Below, piece after piece: positions 25,887 through 32,000 of a stretch of 32,000 bases of DNA (position 1 is its first letter; each line of letters starts with the position of its first letter). The position numbers and the translations under genes are program-made. Under the pieces are notes generated by a model. It did no database searches and was not told the DNA's origin. It was given only the letters and a program-made list of their open reading frames with translations. The stretch comes from Pseudoalteromonas translucida KMM 520 (GTDB lineage: Bacteria; Pseudomonadota; Gammaproteobacteria; Enterobacterales; Alteromonadaceae), in the NCBI RefSeq assembly GCF_001465295.1, contig NZ_CP011035.1, positions 630,001-662,000 on the forward strand. The letters run 5' to 3'.

Positions 25887-28262
25887 TCAGCTTAAATTGA
25901 CTTGTGGTTGGCTATTATTGGCATGCGCACGCTTTTTACTTTTATGTTCATACATTCTTTTATCCGCTTTGTTAAGCAACTCATCTAAGTTTGCTGCTTC
26001 GTCGGGATATAGCGCATAGCCAATACTCACTGTAATTAAGAGTTCGTTATGTTGCAACACAATAGGTAACTCAATAGCATTTAAGTATCTGGTTATTTGT
26101 TTTTCTATTTGGTTGAGGCTTTCAATATTGGTGCTTATAACAACGAATTCATCCCCGCCAATACGCGCGATACAGTCAGTTTTACGGGTAATATCCTTTA
26201 AGCGGTCGGCTATTACGGTTAATACAAAGTCGCCTACTATATGGCCGTGAGTATCGTTTATTGGCTTAAGTTTATCTAAGTCAAAATATAAACATGCCAC
26301 TTTAGTGTTCTCTTGTTTAGCTTTGCTAAACTCACACTCAGCAAAATTTATCAGGGTGTTACGGTTTGCAAGCCCTGTTAAATAATCGGTTTGAGCTAGT
26401 TTCAGTACTTCTTTTTCAGCGATAATACGCTTTGAAATATCAAAATTAATACCGACTATACTATCACCATATACTCGACCATCAGCGTTTATATAACGTA
26501 TTGCTCCACAGGGCAGTATAATTTTAAATTCGGCATGAAACTTTTCATTGGCTGCTATTGCCTTGGTCAGCCTATTCGTAACATCATCATAATCATCTGG
26601 ATGAATTGTTTTAGACCATGCAGTATAATTACCAGAAAAAGTACTCTTTTTAATGCCATAAAGAGTGTACATCCAGTCATCCCAAATAAGCACATTGGTT
26701 TTAAAGTTCCATTCCCATATGCCCGCATTAGCCGCATCTGCTGCTAATGCTATTCGATGATGCAAGCTATCTAGCTCAACTCTAGCTTCTCTGAGCTCAG
26801 TAATATCTTCAGCAATACCAAGCAAAAATTTAGCCTTACCCATACTATCTTTTATAATCACTTTATGAGTACGTAAATAGCGAGTTGTTCCATTTATGGT
26901 TACGGGCTCTTCGTTAATTGTTATCGAATTGTTGGAGTTCAATACTTTGCGATCTGCTTTTACAAAAAACTTTGCTTGCTCTGCTGGAAATATATCAAAG
27001 TCATTTAGTCCAATAAGCTGTTCTTGTGATTTACCAAGTAACTTTTCAGCGGCTTTATTTACATGGCTATAATTTAGGTTCTTCGCTTGTTTAATAAACA
27101 AAATGTTAGGTAGGGTATCAAATATAGTTTGTGTAAAGGCTTCTTGATTTTGAATATCGGTTAAATCTTTAATTGTAGCTACCAAAGGGGCGTTAGATAA
27201 CTCGCTTATGGGGTTGATTGCGATTGTTATGGGAAATACTTGCCCACATTTATTGCAACCTTGTAATAATTGGCTTTTTCCAAAACTGGATTGCTCTTCA
27301 TTAAATGAATGATAAAATTTTGCATGCTTTTTTGGCAGCAATATAGCAATATTTTTGCCAATTAATGCCTGTTGTTCAAAACCAAATACTTTAGCGGTTG
27401 CAGGGTTAGCAAATTCGATAATGCCTTGGCGATCAAAGCAAATCACTACGTCTTGCACTGTATTTAGTACTGCTTTTAATTTTGCCGATAACAAGCTTCG
27501 GGCACGTAATTCCATACTGCCTACTAAGAATAAGCTCAATACTAGCACTACAAGTATAATCACTTGTGCAAGCTCTGCACTGTTATCATTTGCAAGGTAG
27601 GTTGTATGGCTCGATTCAAATACATTCATAGAGAGCATACCAATATAATGCATACCCGAAATAGCACTGCCCATTACCAGCGCTGCTAAGAAGTTAACTC
27701 GTTTTTGTTTATTTTGCGTTGTTTGGCGTAATTCATTTATTTTTAAAGCTAAGCCCGAAAGTACTACGGCAATAAATACAGAGAGCGTAAATAGGGTGGG
27801 TTCATAAGCCATATGCGCTGGCATTATCATGGCTATCATACCTACGTAATGCATACTGCCAATACCTAAGCCCATAAGTACACTTCTAAACCATAAGTGT
27901 TTAAAACGTTGTAAATTAGGGGATATAACAAAATAACTAGCAAATATACTGGGTAAAATTGAAAGGAGTGTTATAGGTATATCGTAACTGACAGGAATAG
28001 GGAGTTGATAGGCTAACATGCCAACAAAATGCATTGCCCAAATACCAGCACCTAAAAAGCAAGATGACAGTAAGATCCAAAAAAGCTTTTCATTTTTAAG
28101 TTGCGCGCCTTTGATACGAGCAGAAAGCAAAAATGAAATATAAGATGAAAATACCGCTGTAAATACAGATGCTAAAACAAGTATGGGGTCATATTTGGCT
28201 GTGATCACCGCTGCTTTGAGCATTTCTGGCGTTACAAAATGTAGCGTTAAATGATTAGTCAA
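25887..28262 (-). CDS. Membrane MHYT-domain sensor with three PAS domains and a GGDEF output
   Basis: Three MHYT repeats lie in TM helices (AMHFVGMLAY, SMHYVGMIAM, GMHYIGMLSM). The C-terminal part has LTGLANRNTL, DLDKLKPINDTHGH, RKTD (I-site) and RIGGDEFVV. I accept the TTG start at 28262 because GAGGGAG lies 4 nt upstream, whereas the first ATG (28223) has no SD. Confidence 0.9.
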   Translation of the reverse strand: MTNHLTLHFVTPEMLKAAVITAKYDPILVLASVFTAVFSSYISFLLSARIKGAQLKNEKLFWILLSSCFLGAGIWAMHFVGMLAYQLPIPVSYDIPITLLSILPSIFASYFVISPNLQRFKHLWFRSVLMGLGIGSMHYVGMIAMIMPAHMAYEPTLFTLSVFIAVVLSGLALKINELRQTTQNKQKRVNFLAALVMGSAISGMHYIGMLSMNVFESSHTTYLANDNSAELAQVIILVVLVLSLFLVGSMELRARSLLSAKLKAVLNTVQDVVICFDRQGIIEFANPATAKVFGFEQQALIGKNIAILLPKKHAKFYHSFNEEQSSFGKSQLLQGCNKCGQVFPITIAINPISELSNAPLVATIKDLTDIQNQEAFTQTIFDTLPNILFIKQAKNLNYSHVNKAAEKLLGKSQEQLIGLNDFDIFPAEQAKFFVKADRKVLNSNNSITINEEPVTINGTTRYLRTHKVIIKDSMGKAKFLLGIAEDITELREARVELDSLHHRIALAADAANAGIWEWNFKTNVLIWDDWMYTLYGIKKSTFSGNYTAWSKTIHPDDYDDVTNRLTKAIAANEKFHAEFKIILPCGAIRYINADGRVYGDSIVGINFDISKRIIAEKEVLKLAQTDYLTGLANRNTLINFAECEFSKAKQENTKVACLYFDLDKLKPINDTHGHIVGDFVLTVIADRLKDITRKTDCIARIGGDEFVVISTNIESLNQIEKQITRYLNAIELPIVLQHNELLITVSIGYALYPDEAANLDELLNKADKRMYEHKSKKRAHANNSQPQVNLS

Positions 28263-28437
28263 TGTGCTCCCTCACCTTGATTATAAGCTCTAAGGGCCTA
28301 TTTATGAATAACTTAAGTATAGTATACAAATATAGTGTTGACCATTAAATGCTTAACTGAAAAATATCGATTTAGGTTATTTTAGTGCTATTAATTGGAG
28401 ATTTCTTTTAACTTGAATAGTATTAAAATGGTGGGTT

Positions 28438-28464
28438 AGGTAAGTGCCATTGCTGCACTTACCT
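28438..28464 (-). terminator. Terminator hairpin downstream of the hdhA-like gene
   Basis: 10-bp stem AGGTAAGTGC / GCACTTACCT with a 7-nt loop, 37 nt past the stop at 28501. Confidence 0.55.
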
Positions 28465-28500
28465 ATAACTAGAGTTTAAATAGCTTAGCTAAATCAGCTT

Positions 28501-29274
28501 TTAATCAAGTGTTTGTACACCACCACCATTTACAAAGAGTATTTGTCCACTTACCCATTTTGAAATAGGCGCTGCAAAATAAAGTACTGCACCGGCAATA
28601 TCTTCAGCTTCACCTAAGCGCTCTAAAGGAGTATGAGCTAACATTCTTTTTTCTATTTCAGGGGTAAGTACTTTTTTAAGTGCATCAGTACGTACAGCAC
28701 CCGGGCCAATAGCATTAATGCGTATTTCAGGGCCATAGTCAAAAGCAAGGTTTTTAGTCATATGGTTAACAGCCGCTTTTGATGAAGCATAGGCACTAAT
28801 AGCTGGGCTGTTGTTAACGCTCGCCATAGAAGACATATTAATTATACTGCCATAACCGCTATCTTTCATGTGGGGGGCCACTAACTGGCAAAGTCGCCAC
28901 ATGCTAAATACATTCATATCAAATACGTGTTTAAACTGTGCTACTTCAATATCGTAAGGACTTTCTTTGCCTGCACCACCACCGCCAACATTGTTAACTA
29001 GTACGCTGATGCTGCCAAATGCATTTATGGTGTTTTCAACTAAGGCTACGAGATCTTCATCTTTGGTCACATCGCATTTTAAAGCGATGGCTTTATAACC
29101 CTCAGCATTAATGGCATCCGCTGTTGCTTGTGCGCCTTCAAAGTCGTAATCAGAAACAACCACATTAGCGCCATTTTCGGCTAACATTTTACAGCTTGCT
29201 TGGCCAATACCATGTGCGCCACCAGTAACAATGGCTGTTTTATCTGTCAAATCTAATAAAAGTGAGTTTTTCAT
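28501..29274 (-). CDS. hdhA: SDR-family oxidoreductase, closest to 7-alpha-hydroxysteroid dehydrogenase
   Basis: TGGAHGIG, LVNNVGGGG, YASSKAA, ITPE-like LTPEIEKRMLAHTP and SGQILFVNGGGVQ are colinear with E. coli HdhA as I remember it. AGAGG lies upstream. Confidence 0.8.
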   Translation of the reverse strand: MKNSLLLDLTDKTAIVTGGAHGIGQASCKMLAENGANVVVSDYDFEGAQATADAINAEGYKAIALKCDVTKDEDLVALVENTINAFGSISVLVNNVGGGGAGKESPYDIEVAQFKHVFDMNVFSMWRLCQLVAPHMKDSGYGSIINMSSMASVNNSPAISAYASSKAAVNHMTKNLAFDYGPEIRINAIGPGAVRTDALKKVLTPEIEKRMLAHTPLERLGEAEDIAGAVLYFAAPISKWVSGQILFVNGGGVQTLD

Positions 29275-29465
29275 ATTTTACCTCTTTTAATTAACAGTAA
29301 TTGTTTAAAACATGAGTTTAAATAATCTGAGCTCAGGTTGAATATTAAAATACATTACTGCAGATGTATGTGAGCTGATACTCACTTTATGCAAATTATG
29401 AATCTATTTACATATCATCAGTTATAGAGCGCACGTCTTATGCAGTAGATTGGGTATGATAAAAG

Positions 29466-29504
29466 TATACGGCCAGATAATATTTTACATTAGCTGGCCG
29501 TATA
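29466..29504. terminator. Terminator hairpin downstream of the RND pump gene
   Basis: TATACGGCCAG (29466-29476) pairs with CTGGCCGTATA (29494-29504), an 11-bp stem with T-rich flanks on both strands. Confidence 0.7.
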
Positions 29505-29537
29505 TTTTATTTACTTTGCAATATTTAGTTAATTCCC

Positions 29538-32000
29538 TTAGGCATTAACTGGCGTGCGTTCATCTTTTTTAACGCCCATAAAAATAGCGTAAAGCACAGG
29601 TATAACAATTAAGGTTAGTAATGTGGCAAAGAGTAGGCCAAATACTAATACAACCGCCATTGATTGGAAAAACGCATCAAAATAAAGCGGTATTACCCCA
29701 AGTACTGTTGTGAGTGTTCCCATCATTACCGGCCTTACTCGGCTATTAGCCGAATCTACAATGGCATCATAACGTGGTTTACCTTGCTTAATTTCCTTAT
29801 CCATTTGATCAACCAATACAATAGCGTTTTTAATGAGTAGGCCAGATAAAGAGAGCAATCCTAGTATCCCCATAAACTCAAGTGGAGTTTGAGTTGTTAC
29901 CAAGCCAAATACCACGCCTATAAGGGCCAGCGGTACCACAAGCCAAATAATAATAGGTTGTTTTAAAGCATTAAATAACACCACTACAATTAGCACCATG
30001 GCTAAAAGACCAAGTGGTAGTGTTGATGCAAGCATTTCATTTGACTCTTTTGATTGCCCATACTCACCATCCCACTCCAGTGTATAACCGGCAGGTAAAT
30101 CAATCGCTTCTATTTGTGGCCTTACTCGATTAAATAATTCAGATGCAAGCTGCCCAGGAAGTGGGTCGGCTTGTGCCTTAATTGTCCACATTCTATCTTC
30201 GCGCTTTAAAATACCATCACGCCATACGGTTTTAAATCCATTAGTAACTTGCTCTAATGGGATTGTTTTGCCTGTAATTTGGCTAGGAATTTGAATGTTG
30301 CCTATATCATTAACATTTGAGCGCTCTTTAAGGGGAGCTCTAACAATAATAGGAATTAATTCTTCGCCTTCTCTATATTGACCAACCATTTTACCAGAAA
30401 AGTTTTGTTGTAACGCTTCAGCAATTGCTTTGCGTGTTACACCTGCACGCTGGGCATTAATTGGCGAGTATTGCGGTTCAATAACCCTTACTTGTTGGCG
30501 CCAAGTATCTTTAATTGAGAGGGCACCGCCGTCCTCAATCATGATTGCTTTCGCTTTATCGGATAACTCACGAATAACGGCGGGTTCTGGCCCTTTAAAT
30601 GTAGCCTCAATTTTAGAACCACCTCCGGGTCCCATTACAAAACGCCATACTTTGCCTTGCGCTTCTGGGAAGGTGTCATCTATATACGCTTGTACTTTAG
30701 GGATCATAGTATCAAGCACTCTATAATCATCTACTTTAGCTAATATTTGGCCGTAAGAACTGTTTGGCGATTCTGCCCCATAAATAAGCATAAATCGTAA
30801 ACCGCCACCACCAATTAAAGTTTGTACGCCCTCAATACTCTCTTGTTGTTGAATAAAGGATTCAAGCTTGATCATATCTTTTTTGGTTTTTTCGATATCG
30901 GTTCCTTGCGGTAACCAAAAATCTACTACCATTTGTGGTGTTGTAGAGGCTGGGAAAAAACCAGACTTTACAAACTGAAATCCCCACATTGATGCACTAA
31001 AAGTAAATATCACTACAGCAACGGTTAGCCAGCGATGATTAAGCGAGCTAACAACAATTGATTGGTATGCCGCCATAATCATATTAGGCTTAGCCGTTGT
31101 AGATGTGTCTTTATCTTGTTCTTTAAACAAGCAAAAACAAAATAGTGGCGTAAGGGTGATTGCAAATAACCAACTATAAAGTAAAGAAATTAAAATAACC
31201 CAAAATAAATGCCCAGTAAATTCGGCAGTATCACCCGGCGCTAAACCTATAGGTGCAAAGGCCACAATACCTACCAAAGTGCCGCCTAATAAGGGCCACT
31301 TTGTTTGCTTTACAACTTCAGATGCAATTTCTAGCTTTTTGCGTCCTTGTTTGGTACCAACCAGTATTCCTTCGGTGACAACAATGGCATTATCAACCAT
31401 CATCCCTAAAGCAATAATTAACGCCCCAAGTGAAATTCGGTGCATGGGTATGCCGCTAAAGTCCATGGTTGCTAGGGTGGCAAAAATAGTCAGTAGTAAT
31501 ACTGCACCTATAACAAGCCCAGAGCGCAGCCCCATAAACACAAGTAAAGTAACAACAACAATAATTAGTGCCACAATTACATTTACTACAAAATTATCTA
31601 CTGATGCCTGAACAACTTTACCTTGATGATAATATTCATGCACTGTAATACCAATAGGTCTCACGTTTTCTGCTTGTTTAACGCGCTCATCTACGCGCTC
31701 AAACACTTTAACAACGTTAGTACCAAGCACACTGGCAACGCCTAAAGAAATTGCCGGTTGCCCGTTGTAACGTACAAGTTTAGTTGCTGGGCTTTGAAAA
31801 CCACGATATACATTAGCAATATCTTTTAAATATATAGCTTTACCGTCATTGGTGGCGCTCACTAATAGATTTTGTATTGTTTCAATAGAATTAATAGAGC
31901 CGGTTGGATCTATAAAAATACGTTGATCACCAATTTGCGTATTACCGGCACTTATTACTGTATTTTGCTTATCTAAAATTGAATAAATATTACTGATTGA
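29538..32000 (-). CDS. RND (AcrB/HAE1-type) efflux pump inner-membrane subunit. The 5' end lies beyond the right window edge.
   Basis: The arrangement of TM bundles and large periplasmic loops is typical of RND pumps. I translated 31863-32000 by hand in the same frame and found no stop (SISNIYSILDKQNTVISAGNTQIGDQRIFIDPTGSINSIETIQNLLV-SATNDGK...). The ORF-track start at 31862 is therefore only an internal GTG. Confidence 0.9.
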   Translation of the reverse strand, partial: SISNIYSILDKQNTVISAGNTQIGDQRIFIDPTGSINSIETIQNLLVSATNDGKAIYLKDIANVYRGFQSPATKLVRYNGQPAISLGVASVLGTNVVKVFERVDERVKQAENVRPIGITVHEYYHQGKVVQASVDNFVVNVIVALIIVVVTLLVFMGLRSGLVIGAVLLLTIFATLATMDFSGIPMHRISLGALIIALGMMVDNAIVVTEGILVGTKQGRKKLEIASEVVKQTKWPLLGGTLVGIVAFAPIGLAPGDTAEFTGHLFWVILISLLYSWLFAITLTPLFCFCLFKEQDKDTSTTAKPNMIMAAYQSIVVSSLNHRWLTVAVVIFTFSASMWGFQFVKSGFFPASTTPQMVVDFWLPQGTDIEKTKKDMIKLESFIQQQESIEGVQTLIGGGGLRFMLIYGAESPNSSYGQILAKVDDYRVLDTMIPKVQAYIDDTFPEAQGKVWRFVMGPGGGSKIEATFKGPEPAVIRELSDKAKAIMIEDGGALSIKDTWRQQVRVIEPQYSPINAQRAGVTRKAIAEALQQNFSGKMVGQYREGEELIPIIVRAPLKERSNVNDIGNIQIPSQITGKTIPLEQVTNGFKTVWRDGILKREDRMWTIKAQADPLPGQLASELFNRVRPQIEAIDLPAGYTLEWDGEYGQSKESNEMLASTLPLGLLAMVLIVVVLFNALKQPIIIWLVVPLALIGVVFGLVTTQTPLEFMGILGLLSLSGLLIKNAIVLVDQMDKEIKQGKPRYDAIVDSANSRVRPVMMGTLTTVLGVIPLYFDAFFQSMAVVLVFGLLFATLLTLIVIPVLYAIFMGVKKDERTPVNA

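Noticed and set aside
31860-31862. GTG at 31862 as the start of the RND pump gene
   Set aside because: The reading frame stays open upstream to nt 32000 (translated by hand), and RND pumps are about 1000-1050 aa. The gene is cut by the window edge.
1-32000. Mobile elements, defence systems (restriction-modification, CRISPR-Cas, toxin-antitoxin, retron or CBASS-like), prophage remnants, tRNA and rRNA genes
   Set aside because: I found no transposase, integrase or recombinase-like ORF and no terminal inverted repeats. There are no repeat-spacer arrays, no tRNA-like cloverleaf candidates in the spacers, and no small overlapping gene pairs typical of TA modules. Every spacer hairpin I found is explained as a terminator or an operator.

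Overview
The window looks like gammaproteobacterial chromosome of low GC, roughly 40% by eye. Gene content and protein similarity suggest Alteromonadales, probably Pseudoalteromonas-like, but this is an inference. I see 25 protein-coding genes, two of them cut by the window edges and one a doubtful small ORF. I found no rRNA, tRNA, CRISPR array, transposase, integrase or phage genes.

Gene order from left to right:
- an unidentified 3' gene fragment, then hupB
- ilvIH (minus strand), with a Leu/Val/Ile-rich leader peptide and an attenuator
- a short NAD-type isocitrate dehydrogenase
- a same-strand string: ppnN, xni, DUF3192, and a 560-aa orphan with degenerate HD-like and HDOD-like halves
- a coiled-coil GGDEF cyclase
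- a secreted M61 peptidase, a PAS-GGDEF-EAL protein, and a secreted S46 dipeptidyl peptidase
- a small SEC-C-motif protein, then metY
- a gluconate locus (gntR, a GntP-family permease, gntK) with three ATGTTA-N4-TAACAT operators
- a Cys-containing lipoprotein plus a 58-aa DUF1289 gene that the ORF track misses
- hisF-hisIE standing alone without the rest of the his operon
- an MHYT-PAS-GGDEF sensor, hdhA-like 7-alpha-HSDH, and the 3' two-thirds of an RND pump that runs off the right edge

Most of the window is ordinary housekeeping and signalling DNA. I cannot demonstrate a new multi-gene system. The best candidates for something undescribed are:
- the DUF3192 plus degenerate HD/HDOD pair (4640-6718)
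- the minimal three-segment ilvIH attenuator
- the orphaned hisF-hisIE with a possible hisA scar
- the lipoprotein/DUF1289 pair

All family assignments come from reading motifs and from remembered reference sequences. No database search was run.
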